A DNA stretch of 64,000 nucleotides from a virus. The translations under genes were made by a program, and so were the position numbers. The stretch's first letter is position 1; every line of letters starts with the position of its first letter. Positions 1 to 8,437 of the stretch are shown piece after piece. A model generated the notes under the pieces. It was not told the origin of the DNA and searched no databases. It worked only from the letters and a program-made list of their open reading frames with translations. The stretch lies in the IMG/VR virus record IMGVR_UViG_3300025684_000010, one strand, 5' to 3'.

Positions 1-36
1 AGGCGAGAAAATTGGTTTATTTAAATAAATAGTATT

Positions 37-318
37 ATGGACGATCAAAAAGACAACCCTTTTAACGAAGACAGCAACGTTGACTACCACAAGTGGTTAC
101 GTATGAACGCATTCCTTAAAAAGTTGCATGATGAGTTTTATATAGAGCAAGTTAAGAAACAACATCGTGAAGAAATAGCGTGGTTAGCAAGAAGAGATGA
201 AATGCTCTGCGACTTAGCTATCATTGACGAAGTGATTGAAATGATGGATGAATATCCAGAAGCTGACTATTTGATTAACAAAATTAACCGTAGGTTGGAT
301 AATGACAAAAAATATTAA
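37..318 (+). CDS. hypothetical protein (93 aa)
   Basis: ORF track. ATG lies 5 nt after a TAAATA late-like box. No recognisable motif. Confidence 0.6.
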   Translation: MDDQKDNPFNEDSNVDYHKWLRMNAFLKKLHDEFYIEQVKKQHREEIAWLARRDEMLCDLAIIDEVIEMMDEYPEADYLINKINRRLDNDKKY

Positions 319-487
319 AGTTAATGAAGCAACTCCAGCTGAATTAAAAGCATGGGCAGAGACCGATTACTTTATGTCAGGAAATTTTGATCCTATGACA
401 TTATTTGTCGTGATCCCTGCAGTAGTACAGATTGTAGTATTCGGTGGAATGCTATTATCTTTTTATATAATTGGGAAGGTATTCTAA
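302..487 (+). CDS. small membrane protein
   Basis: Overlaps the upstream ORF. C-terminal hydrophobic stretch LFVVIPAVVQIVVFGGMLLSFYII. Confidence 0.6.
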   Translation: MTKNIKVNEATPAELKAWAETDYFMSGNFDPMTLFVVIPAVVQIVVFGGMLLSFYIIGKVF

Positions 488-609
488 TGGAAGAAACAAA
501 AAAGTATATTTACGAAAGTCCTGATAAAGGCAAAACAGTTTATGCAAGAGAACTTGGTCAACCAATCTCTGAACGTAAACTAATTAAGGAGACGAAAGAT
601 GAAAAGTGA
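487..609 (+). CDS. small hypothetical protein (40 aa, MEETKKYIYESPDKGKTVYARELG...)
   Basis: Read by eye, below the ORF-track cutoff. Fills the gap with stop/start overlaps on both sides. Confidence 0.6.
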   Translation: MEETKKYIYESPDKGKTVYARELGQPISERKLIKETKDEK

Positions 610-928
610 TTATGTGGTAGTTGATACGATTTCTGTATTCAAACAGAGATACATTATTCCACGTGAAGAAGTTCAACGCTTTAATGAAGAAGTGAAGTTA
701 ACAGATAAGCTCGCAAAGCTCTGGGCTCAAGAATCTGTAGAATCAGAAGAAGTAAAAGAATTCAGTCAAAGATGGTTAGGCGAAACAGTAACTAATGTCG
801 ATTTTGCGGGTACAGAAAAAGTATTACAATTTTTTAAAGAAGATAACGAACAGTTATCTGAAGAGTGGTCTCAGGCTCAACAGCTTGACTATATCAATGA
901 TTGGAAAGATAAAACACCGAAGAGATGA
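599..928 (+). CDS. hypothetical protein (109 aa)
   Basis: ORF track. SD-like AAGGAG upstream; coupled to its neighbours. Confidence 0.65.
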   Translation: MKSDYVVVDTISVFKQRYIIPREEVQRFNEEVKLTDKLAKLWAQESVESEEVKEFSQRWLGETVTNVDFAGTEKVLQFFKEDNEQLSEEWSQAQQLDYINDWKDKTPKR

Positions 929-1161
929 TCTACATCTATGGTACCAAAGGGTGCCAGTTTTGTGAGAAGGCAAAACATAAAGCAAATGATATGTATGGTG
1001 AGTATAAATTCCTTGACATTGGACTCACTTTATATTATAATAAACTAAAAGAATTAAACGTAAGTACAAACGTATTACCTCAGATCTTTGAGGACGAACG
1101 ATATGTTGGTACTTTTTACCATTTCGTAAAGGAATGTCAATTGAAAATGAGTGAGGAATAA
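925..1161 (+). CDS. glutaredoxin / NrdC-like thioredoxin
   Basis: CQFC redox motif after IYIYG, the cis-Pro motif LPQIF and YVG; 78 aa. Confidence 0.8.
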   Translation: MIYIYGTKGCQFCEKAKHKANDMYGEYKFLDIGLTLYYNKLKELNVSTNVLPQIFEDERYVGTFYHFVKECQLKMSEE

Positions 1162-1169
1162 ATTACACA

Positions 1170-2330
1170 ATGTTAGATGAAAGAATCAATAAGATTTACC
1201 AAAAAGAACTATCACGCCAAAAATTAACCGTCGAGTTAATTGCATCAGAAAACTTTGCTTCTAAAGCCGTAATGAAAATGTGCGGTTCAGAGTTTACAAA
1301 CAAATACGCAGAAGGATATCCTGGAGCCCGTTATTATAATGGTTGTGAATTCATGGATGAAGTTGAACAACTTGCTATTGACCAACTAAAAGAAATATAC
1401 GGTTGCGGATTTGCTAATGTTCAGCCACACAGTGGAGCCAATGCAAACCTTGCGATTATGAAAGCCTTTCTAAATCCAGGTGATACTATTCTCGGTATGG
1501 ATTTAGCAAGCGGTGGACATCTAACTCATGGAGCTCCTGTTACTATTTCAGGTAAATGGTTTGATGCTCATACGTTTGGTGTTGGTGACGATGGTTTAAT
1601 TAATTATGATGATGTTGCTTTAATGGCAGAAGCTCATAAACCTAAACTTATTATTGCCGGTGCAAGTGCATACCCAAGACAAATTGATTGGAAACGATTT
1701 AGAGAGATTGCTGATTCAGTAGGCGCAATGCTTATGGTTGACATGGCTCACTATGCTGGTTTGATTGCTGGTCATGCATACGACAGTCCTATTCCTTATG
1801 CCGATGTAGTTACTTCTACAACTCATAAAACATTACGTGGTCCTCGTGGTGGAATTATATTGTGGAACAATCCTGATTATACAAGAAAGATTAATGGAGC
1901 CATATTCCCAGGTACTCAAGGCGGACCTTTAATGAATACGATTGCGGCAAAAGCTCAAGCATTCATTGAAGCCAATACAACAGAGTTTAAAGCATATGCT
2001 CATCAGGTTGTTATTAACGCACAGTCCTTTGCTGAAACATTAAATAAAGCAAAAACATTAGATGTACTAACAGGTGGTACTGATTCTCATATTATTTTAA
2101 TTAGTTTAGTTAATTCTGAATTGAGTGGAAGACAAGCAGCTGATATCTTAGAGAAACATCGTATCACTGTAAACAAGAATGGTATTCCAAACGATCCTCG
2201 AAACTTTAAAGAAACATCTGGTATTCGATTAGGTACTGCAGCTGAAACAACTCGAGGTTGGAAACAACAAGACTTTGTTGAACTAGGTGAAAGAATTATT
2301 AATATATTAGAAGATCCTACCCAATGGTAG
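1170..2330 (+). CDS. glyA: serine hydroxymethyltransferase
   Basis: Motifs SENF, NKYAEGYP, VQPHSG, GGHLTHG, GASAYPR, DMAH, TTHKTLRGPRGG (PLP Lys), FPGTQGGP, GTDSH, VNKN and SGIRLGT. Confidence 0.97.
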   Translation: MLDERINKIYQKELSRQKLTVELIASENFASKAVMKMCGSEFTNKYAEGYPGARYYNGCEFMDEVEQLAIDQLKEIYGCGFANVQPHSGANANLAIMKAFLNPGDTILGMDLASGGHLTHGAPVTISGKWFDAHTFGVGDDGLINYDDVALMAEAHKPKLIIAGASAYPRQIDWKRFREIADSVGAMLMVDMAHYAGLIAGHAYDSPIPYADVVTSTTHKTLRGPRGGIILWNNPDYTRKINGAIFPGTQGGPLMNTIAAKAQAFIEANTTEFKAYAHQVVINAQSFAETLNKAKTLDVLTGGTDSHIILISLVNSELSGRQAADILEKHRITVNKNGIPNDPRNFKETSGIRLGTAAETTRGWKQQDFVELGERIINILEDPTQW

Positions 2331-2926
2331 CTCTTATATTAGGCAACGGAGAATCACGACTAGGTGTTAACTATCGTGAAGAATATCCAGGTGCCTTTGT
2401 GTATGGCTGTAATGGAGCTTATAAAGAAAGTCCTGATGCTTTAATTTGCAGTGACATTTATATGCAGCATATTATTTACAAAACAGGATACTGCAAAGAC
2501 AATCTTTGTTACTTTAGTGAATGGGCTCCAGTACCTTCTGGAGCTGCTGAACATATAATCATGGCTTTAAAAGAAAATGGTTTGCCAGTCATTGAGAATA
2601 GAAAAGATACGACATTCGGCCTAACAAGAACTCAGGCAGTCATATCTGGCTCTGCGAATGCAAATTATGTTACTTGGGTTGACGATAAAGATATGGTCAA
2701 GTCAATTGAACAAATGGAAGTAAGTTCTGGCTCAAGAGCGTTATTAACAGCTTGCGAGTCAGGACAGTATAAAGAAATAGTTCTATTAGGATTTGATGGT
2801 ATGAACGCTTCAAATGTATATCAGAACGATGAAGGATACGAAAGATCTACCCCTCGCAATGAGTGGGTTCAAGAAAGACAAGATATTATGGATAAGTTTC
2901 CAAATATAAAATTCAATGTTGTATAA
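2324..2926 (+). CDS. MptE/DUF115-like (glycosyltransferase-fold-associated) protein
   Basis: ILGNGESR, YGCNGAY, SSGSRAL and LLGFD motifs typical of this phage family. Confidence 0.45.
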   Translation: MVALILGNGESRLGVNYREEYPGAFVYGCNGAYKESPDALICSDIYMQHIIYKTGYCKDNLCYFSEWAPVPSGAAEHIIMALKENGLPVIENRKDTTFGLTRTQAVISGSANANYVTWVDDKDMVKSIEQMEVSSGSRALLTACESGQYKEIVLLGFDGMNASNVYQNDEGYERSTPRNEWVQERQDIMDKFPNIKFNVV

Positions 2927-2998
2927 TAGGTTAGCATCAGCATCTTACGGTGAAGGCCGTAGGTATTTTAAATGGTGGTTAAACGTATGGTGTAATCG

Positions 2999-3052
2999 TT
3001 AAGTATTTGTATAAATATACTTTATGGCTTATTCTAAAAAGTTTTAGACAGA
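2999..3052 (+). repeat. direct repeat copy 1: late promoter plus iscU 5' end (1-nt deletion, reads MAYSKKF-stop)
   Basis: ttaagtatttgtataaatatactttatggcttattctaaaaagttttagacaga matches 3353-3407 except for one fewer A. Confidence 0.95.
3010..3017 (+). promoter_or_regulatory. T4-type late promoter TATAAATA
   Basis: Exact gp55 consensus upstream of 3069. Confidence 0.8.
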
Positions 3053-3068
3053 AAGGATTTTATAAGAT

Positions 3069-3356
3069 ATGAAAAGTTTCAATGAATTCATGACAGAACA
3101 AAAAAAGGTTAAATGGAATAAAGTTCCAGATGGCTATGATGGCAAAAAGAAAGTGTTCAAACATGTTACCTCTGATGGTAAGTTTGAGATTCGTTTGTCA
3201 GGTATGGACTCTATGAAAATGAATAAAGACGGTAGTCAGAAAGTGATGCCGACGGTCTTCGATAAGAGTGGAAACACCCCAAAACACCCTGTAATTGCAT
3301 ATAGTAATGTTGATAAGGCCAAGGCAGAAGTCCAAAGATGGATAGATGATCATTAA
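3069..3356 (+). CDS. putative internal head protein with a capsid-targeting-like N-terminus
   Basis: Starts MKSFNEFMTE, resembling the T4 internal-protein CTS MKTYQEFIAE. Late promoter and SD aagga upstream. Confidence 0.5.
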   Translation: MKSFNEFMTEQKKVKWNKVPDGYDGKKKVFKHVTSDGKFEIRLSGMDSMKMNKDGSQKVMPTVFDKSGNTPKHPVIAYSNVDKAKAEVQRWIDDH

Positions 3357-3407
3357 GTATTTGTATAAATATACTTTATGGCTTATTCTAAAAAAGTTTT
3401 AGACAGA
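3353..3407 (+). repeat. direct repeat copy 2: late promoter plus the intact iscU start
   Basis: Same sequence as 2999-3052 with 6 A, in frame with iscU. Confidence 0.95.
3364..3371 (+). promoter_or_regulatory. T4-type late promoter TATAAATA (6 nt before the iscU ATG)
   Basis: Exact consensus. Confidence 0.8.
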
Positions 3408-3821
3408 TTCGAAGCAGTAACTAATAATCCTGCCGCGCATGGAGTTGGAAGGTTTGATCCTAACGACCCTAATGTTGCTACAGGAATGACAGGTGCACCT
3501 GCTTGTGGAGATGTAATGAAACTCGATCTCAAATTAAATCCTGAGACCGAAGAAATCGTTGATGTTAAATTTAAAACTTATGGTTGCGGTTCAGCAATCG
3601 CAAGTTCATCAATGTTCGTTGAGATGTTGGTTGGTAAAACAATAGAAGAAGCAAAACTAATAAAAGATAGCGAAATCGCAGAAGCTTTAGAATTACCGTC
3701 AATCAAAATACATTGTTCTGTTTTAGCGGAAGATAGTATTAAGAAAGCAATTGAAGATTGGGAAGAGAAAAAAGCAGGTCGTAATGAATCGTGGATTGAG
3801 CGTCATACTAAAAGGACATAA
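3378..3821 (+). CDS. iscU: Fe-S cluster scaffold IscU/NifU-N
   Basis: GAPACGDVM, FKTYGCGSAIASSS and LPSIKIHCSVLAED: all three Cys present, with a variant of the LPPVK motif. Confidence 0.95.
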   Translation: MAYSKKVLDRFEAVTNNPAAHGVGRFDPNDPNVATGMTGAPACGDVMKLDLKLNPETEEIVDVKFKTYGCGSAIASSSMFVEMLVGKTIEEAKLIKDSEIAEALELPSIKIHCSVLAEDSIKKAIEDWEEKKAGRNESWIERHTKRT

Positions 3822-3823
3822 CA

Positions 3824-4324
3824 ATGTACGAGTATAGAACAAATTTAATTAAAGTCGTTGATGGTGATACAGTAGATGTAGACATCGATCTAGGCTTTGG
3901 AATCTGGTTGAGAAATGAAAGAGTCCGTATTATGGGCATCGATACACCAGAATCAAGAACAAGCGATAAAGTAGAAAAACTATTCGGTAAAGCTGCAAGT
4001 CGTCGATTAAAAGAACTCCTTGGTAAATCACCAACATTGAGAACTCAGGTTGCTCGAAACGGCGAAGATATGAAAGGTAAGTTCGGTCGTATCCTTGGAG
4101 ACTTTGATGTATATTGCGCAGTCACTGATGCTTGGAGACCAGTTACTTCGGTAATGTCAGAAGAAGGTCATTGTGTACCTTACTACGGTGGATCCAAAGA
4201 AGATACTCAAGCCCAACACATGGCAAATCGAGTTAAACTTCTAGAGAACGGTTACGTAGATCAAAAGGCATATAATAAAGAAATTGCCAAACAAGAAAAA
4301 GATGCAGCTAAAAATAAATCGTAA
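3824..4324 (+). CDS. thermonuclease (SNase-like)
   Basis: VVDGDT, RVRIMGIDTPE and GKFGRILG motifs. Confidence 0.85.
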   Translation: MYEYRTNLIKVVDGDTVDVDIDLGFGIWLRNERVRIMGIDTPESRTSDKVEKLFGKAASRRLKELLGKSPTLRTQVARNGEDMKGKFGRILGDFDVYCAVTDAWRPVTSVMSEEGHCVPYYGGSKEDTQAQHMANRVKLLENGYVDQKAYNKEIAKQEKDAAKNKS

Positions 4325-4330
4325 AAACTA

Positions 4331-4359
4331 TTGACATCTTTACCAAAACTTGATATAAT
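4331..4359 (+). promoter_or_regulatory. sigma70 early promoter (TTGACA-17-TATAAT)
   Basis: Perfect consensus; the bS21 ATG follows 6 nt later. Confidence 0.85.
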
Positions 4360-4365
4360 ATACAA

Positions 4366-4656
4366 ATGAATTACAATAAAAAGAATGGCGGAAGATCAGT
4401 TGATCTAACCCCACAAAAAAGACATCCTAAAGATAAAAGACCACCATCAGCAATGCCGTTTGATATTGGTCTAAGAAAGTTCAGAAAGAACGTCGAATCT
4501 GCAGGAATTATAAAAGAACTGAGAGCAAGAGAATTTTACGAAAAGCCAACAAGCAAACGTAAAAGGAAAAAAGCTGAAGCTATTAAAAGGCACCAAAAGA
4601 AAATTGCGATGGAGTTTCAAACAACCAACGCAAGAGGCCAAAGAAATTACAGATAA
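4366..4656 (+). CDS. rpsU: 30S ribosomal protein bS21 homologue
   Basis: [38 protein letters not shown] matches the S21 signature (ALRRFK...R.REFYEKP...RKRK). Has an N-terminal basic extension. Confidence 0.88.
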   Translation: MNYNKKNGGRSVDLTPQKRHPKDKRPPSAMPFDIGLRKFRKNVESAGIIKELRAREFYEKPTSKRKRKKAEAIKRHQKKIAMEFQTTNARGQRNYR

Positions 4657-4669
4657 ACTTAAAAAACTA

Positions 4670-4698
4670 TTGACATTTGGAAAATAGTTTGTTATAAT
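4670..4698 (+). promoter_or_regulatory. sigma70 promoter (TTGACA-17-TATAAT)
   Basis: Perfect consensus; predicted +1 near 4705-4706. Confidence 0.85.
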
Positions 4699-4704
4699 TA
4701 TATT

Positions 4705-4860
4705 TGAAACGGTGGGATAAACCACGACGGCGAGATGGAATCACGGAGTTAATAGCTCTACCATTTAGGACCCATGACGGAGAACTGCCTTCGGGAGCAA
4801 CACCTGAACTACCGACATACTGAGTAGGAACGGAACGCCAAAGAAGCAACCACTGTTTCA
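4705..4860 (+). ncRNA. putative structured non-coding RNA, family unassigned
   Basis: GC-richer intergenic segment with its own promoter. TGAAACGGTGG (4705-4715) pairs with CCACTGTTTCA (4850-4860). Internal hairpins include a cUUCGg loop. Followed by CCCTTTTT. Confidence 0.6.
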
Positions 4861-4883
4861 CCCTTTTTGACGGAGTTTATATT

Positions 4884-5297
4884 ATGGCATTAGCAAGAGG
4901 TCTATCAACGATTTCCACTCGGAAACGTAAAGTTAAAATCACTAAAGCTAAAATGGCTCAATACGAGCTTAATCGGCGACTGCACAACAAAGCAATGAAA
5001 CGTAGTGGTATGCATGATCTAAGGTACGACACTGTTGATGAATATATAAATTATTGTTTAGGTAAAGTAAAACCTAGCAAAGAGTTTAAACCATTTGTAC
5101 CAACCGATACATTTCGTAGAGAAGTACCAGAATATCCTTCTTGTCATTCTACAGGTGGCGGTGGTCATGGAACTAAAAAGGAATCGCCCAAATACACGGG
5201 TACACTCGTAAAAGGTATTGCTACGATGCATAAATCAAATGCAGTTCCAATTATGAATCAAAAAGAAGCAACAGAAATAAGTGAGATGGCAAGATGA
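4884..5297 (+). CDS. conserved T4-like hypothetical protein (C-terminal YTGTLVKGIATMHKSNAVP)
   Basis: ORF track, SD GGAG; the C-terminal motif is familiar from T4-like phages. Confidence 0.65.
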   Translation: MALARGLSTISTRKRKVKITKAKMAQYELNRRLHNKAMKRSGMHDLRYDTVDEYINYCLGKVKPSKEFKPFVPTDTFRREVPEYPSCHSTGGGGHGTKKESPKYTGTLVKGIATMHKSNAVPIMNQKEATEISEMAR

Positions 5298-5494
5298 TGT
5301 ATGTTGACTATAAATTTGAAATAACTCCACAGGGTTTAGTTATGCTCGATAAACCAGACCCTGATGAGAAGTATATGATTCAACTAAAGAACACTCCATT
5401 TGAAGTTGGAGATAAATTCACGTTGGAAACAACAGAAGACGGTCGTATGTTTTTTAAGAAAGACGGACCAGCACAATTGAACCTGGAAATATAA
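5294..5494 (+). CDS. hypothetical protein
   Basis: ORF track; translationally coupled. Confidence 0.55.
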   Translation: MMYVDYKFEITPQGLVMLDKPDPDEKYMIQLKNTPFEVGDKFTLETTEDGRMFFKKDGPAQLNLEI

Positions 5495-5736
5495 TGGCAA
5501 CAAAGAACGACATAACTGGTGATTCTCTCAGAAGCAAAGCATCTACTAAATCGTATGATGATGGCTGGGATCGAATCTTTGGTAAAAAGGATGACGCTGA
5601 TTTAGGTCTTGAAGGAGATACTCGAATGACTAGTAAAGAACGGCACGAAGCTGAATTTAATACCGTACATCCTGCGGAAACAAGGTATCCTCATTTGAAG
5701 GATAGTAACTTCAAGTACAAAAAGGAGGGTGAGTGA
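5494..5736 (+). CDS. hypothetical protein (MATKNDITGD...YDDGWDRIFG)
   Basis: ORF track; the N-terminal motif is common in T4-like small ORFs. Confidence 0.6.
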   Translation: MATKNDITGDSLRSKASTKSYDDGWDRIFGKKDDADLGLEGDTRMTSKERHEAEFNTVHPAETRYPHLKDSNFKYKKEGE

Positions 5737-5954
5737 TGAAAGAAATCACTGACGAAGAACATGAACTGTTCACCAAGCTGAAAAAGATTTGGTTTCATAC
5801 TCAGCCGGATAAGACAGGCTCATTCTTTATATGTGGTGAAGCTGGTAACAGTGATGAGCATGGATTACCGGAGTTTATTTTAGTATGCCCGCAAATGGGC
5901 ACAAACACCACAGCAGTGTATAAACGAGATCTTGTTGGGAGAAGTGGACAGTGA
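5733..5954 (+). CDS. hypothetical protein
   Basis: ORF track, SD GGAGGG. Confidence 0.55.
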   Translation: MMKEITDEEHELFTKLKKIWFHTQPDKTGSFFICGEAGNSDEHGLPEFILVCPQMGTNTTAVYKRDLVGRSGQ

Positions 5955-6024
5955 AGAAACGATTGGTAGTTTGGTATGCTGTGGTGAAGATCTCACAAAT
6001 AGCTGAAAAAAGTGAAAATAACCA

Positions 6025-6053
6025 TTGACATTCTTTATGATACTGTATATAAT
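6025..6053 (+). promoter_or_regulatory. early promoter repeat element
   Basis: TTGACA-ttctttatgatactgta-TATAAT. Confidence 0.85.
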
Positions 6054-6083
6054 GGTTGTATAAATTGAATAAAGGAATATATT

Positions 6084-6317
6084 ATGAGTACTGAATTGAG
6101 AAATGTTCCAAACACTGATTTGTCCCAAACACGATTTTACGGCGGTTCAAAGCGTGGAACGTGTGTACAGGTTACTAGCAGTGATGGCAAGCAATTCCTT
6201 CAATTAACTCGTGAACAGGCTGATCAGCTTTCTCGAGAATTAGCGTTGTTTGCTAATGCAGAAGAAGTTGTTTATGAAGCTGATGGTGAAGCTATCTGCG
6301 AGGCACTTTGTTCATGA
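6084..6317 (+). CDS. hypothetical protein
   Basis: ORF directly behind the promoter, with SD AAGGA. Confidence 0.65.
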   Translation: MSTELRNVPNTDLSQTRFYGGSKRGTCVQVTSSDGKQFLQLTREQADQLSRELALFANAEEVVYEADGEAICEALCS

Positions 6318-7591
6318 ATATGGAACCATGGAAAATAATACAGTTACTTGAGAGAGATAACAGTCGACTATATAAAGAAGATATGTTGTCTCAATATATT
6401 GATGATGAAGGTCTAGTCAAAGGTTTATTATATTGTCTTAATAATATGATTACCTTTGGTGTGGCTGATGTACCAACAAGTCAAAACGACGGTCCTGGTC
6501 TATTACCTGAGGATTTCTATATTCTCGCAGATCAATTAAAGAATCGTGAATTAACAGGCCATGCTGCTCGAGACGCAATCGTAGTCGCAAGAGAAGCAGC
6601 AACATCAGAACAATGGAATGATTGGTACCGTAGAATCTTAATTAAAGACCTTAGATGCGGTGTATCTCTCAAGACAGTTAATAACGTTAAGAAAGGAACC
6701 ATCCCTGTATTCACTTGTATGCTTGCCCACAGTGGTGACAACAATCCTAAAAAGATTACAGGAGACTGCGTTGTAGAATATAAGTATGATGGTGTAAGAG
6801 CAATCATAATCGTTCAAAACGGTAATGCAGTCATCTATTCTAGAAATGGTAAACTACTTACCAACTTCCCACATATCGAAAAAGCGTTTAGTAAAAAGAT
6901 CTTTGATGACTTAGTCTTTGATGGTGAAGTTATGTCGAAAGATTTCCAATCATTAATGAAACAAGTTCATCGTAAAGAAGGAGCTCAGACTGAAGATGCA
7001 TACTTTGCATTGTTTGACTTTTTACCTATTGACGAATTCCAAACAGGTAGTGGTACATTACCTCTAATCAACAGAAAAGAATTATTAAAAGGATTTCAAA
7101 GTTCTGAGTACTTTGATGATTGTGTTGTTGTTACGAAATACGATGTTCTTAATATCGAAGATGATGCTGATAAGTTCAAAGGAATTAATAATACAGCAAT
7201 AGAAGAAGGTTATGAAGGTATCATGGTCAAACCTATCAACGGTCTTTATGAATGTAAACGATCTTACGGTTGGCTAAAAATGAAACCTTACATTGAAGTT
7301 ACATTAAAGGTTATTGACATTGAAGAAGGAACAGGTAAAAATGAAGGAAGCACAGGAGCACTTGTATGCGAAGGCACCGACGAAGGTAAACATATCAAAG
7401 TTAATGTTGGGACAGGTCTTAGCGATGCTAACCGGGATGATATTTGGAATAGTGTTGACACTGTCATTGGTCAGTTAGTTGAAATAAGAGCTGATGCAAT
7501 TACTATCAGTCAAGACTCAGATGAACTGTACAGTTTAAGATTCCCACGATTTAAATGTTTTAGAGGTTTTGAACCAGGAGAGAAACTATGA
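6308..7591 (+). CDS. ATP-dependent DNA ligase
   Basis: Motifs KYDGVR (adenylated Lys), FDGEV, EGYEGIMVK, WLKMK, VGTG and LRFPRF. Confidence 0.95.
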   Translation: MFMNMEPWKIIQLLERDNSRLYKEDMLSQYIDDEGLVKGLLYCLNNMITFGVADVPTSQNDGPGLLPEDFYILADQLKNRELTGHAARDAIVVAREAATSEQWNDWYRRILIKDLRCGVSLKTVNNVKKGTIPVFTCMLAHSGDNNPKKITGDCVVEYKYDGVRAIIIVQNGNAVIYSRNGKLLTNFPHIEKAFSKKIFDDLVFDGEVMSKDFQSLMKQVHRKEGAQTEDAYFALFDFLPIDEFQTGSGTLPLINRKELLKGFQSSEYFDDCVVVTKYDVLNIEDDADKFKGINNTAIEEGYEGIMVKPINGLYECKRSYGWLKMKPYIEVTLKVIDIEEGTGKNEGSTGALVCEGTDEGKHIKVNVGTGLSDANRDDIWNSVDTVIGQLVEIRADAITISQDSDELYSLRFPRFKCFRGFEPGEKL

Positions 7592-7866
7592 CACAATATA
7601 CTAAAATGGTTGAAGATTTTGCCATAATGGAAGAGGCTCTTGAATGGTCTCGTGGTGTTGGTTGCATCCATTCACATTCTATGGATTCTATGTACTACGA
7701 TGATCGTCCTGACGATACTGCTAATATGACTAAGAGTGTAACTGACATTGAATACAATGCTGGTTATATCGAACGTTTTCAGAATGGTAAACTTATTCAT
7801 ACGTTCGGAAAGAAAATGTCCGACGAAGAATTGCTTAATGCATATTGTGTTACGAGACAAGCATGA
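7588..7866 (+). CDS. hypothetical protein
   Basis: ORF track, SD GGAG, ATGA overlap. Confidence 0.55.
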   Translation: MTQYTKMVEDFAIMEEALEWSRGVGCIHSHSMDSMYYDDRPDDTANMTKSVTDIEYNAGYIERFQNGKLIHTFGKKMSDEELLNAYCVTRQA

Positions 7867-8414
7867 GAACCTTTAATAAAATTGGGTTTTTAGCTCTAGC
7901 GTTAATGGTCGGAATGATTTTTGGTACGGCAAAGGTTCAAGGTACTGCGATTGATTATGATATGCATGGAGATTCATTTCAAATGACTCGTGATACATAT
8001 TGTATGGCATTAAACATTTACCACGAAAGTAGATCTGAGAATCTTGCTGGTAAATTTGCAGTTGCTGATGTAGTATTAAATCGTGTTAATGATCGTAGAT
8101 ACCCTGATGAGATATGTGGTGTAATCTACCAAGCAGAACTCAAACCTTCTTGGAAGGATCCTACTATAGAGGTACCTGTAAGGAATCGTTGTCAGTTCAG
8201 TTGGTACTGTGATGGCAAGTCAGATGAACCTACAGAAATAGATGCATGGAACGAATCTGTTTTAGTTGCACACCAAGCAATATACGAAGGTCGTATGAAT
8301 GGATTAACGGAAGGTGCAACTCATTACCATACAGTTTACATTGAACCTTATTGGGCAAGTTCTTTAGATTTAATTGGACATGTAGGTTCTCATATCTTTT
8401 ACCGAGAAAACTAA
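7863..8414 (+). CDS. cell wall hydrolase, SleB/Hydrolase_2 family
   Basis: CMALNIYHESR, VADVVLNRV, ICGVIYQ, CQFSWYCDG, GATHYH and GSHIFY motifs; N-terminal signal anchor. Start moved to the second ATG. Confidence 0.9.
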   Translation: MRTFNKIGFLALALMVGMIFGTAKVQGTAIDYDMHGDSFQMTRDTYCMALNIYHESRSENLAGKFAVADVVLNRVNDRRYPDEICGVIYQAELKPSWKDPTIEVPVRNRCQFSWYCDGKSDEPTEIDAWNESVLVAHQAIYEGRMNGLTEGATHYHTVYIEPYWASSLDLIGHVGSHIFYREN

Positions 8415-8437
8415 TAAATAATTCTATAATTTAAATT

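Noticed and set aside
4667-4861. 64-aa + strand ORF over the RNA region
   Set aside because: It starts inside the -35 box (TTG) with no SD, and the region is better explained as structured RNA.
4705-4863. RNase P RNA, 6S RNA or SRP identity for the structured RNA (the end helix and UUUCACC tail recall RNase P P1; CACCUGAAC recalls 6S)
   Set aside because: It is too short and lacks GAGGAAAGUCC and AGAACCCGGCUUA. It has no continuous 6S rod and no clear SRP helix-8 motif. Left unassigned.
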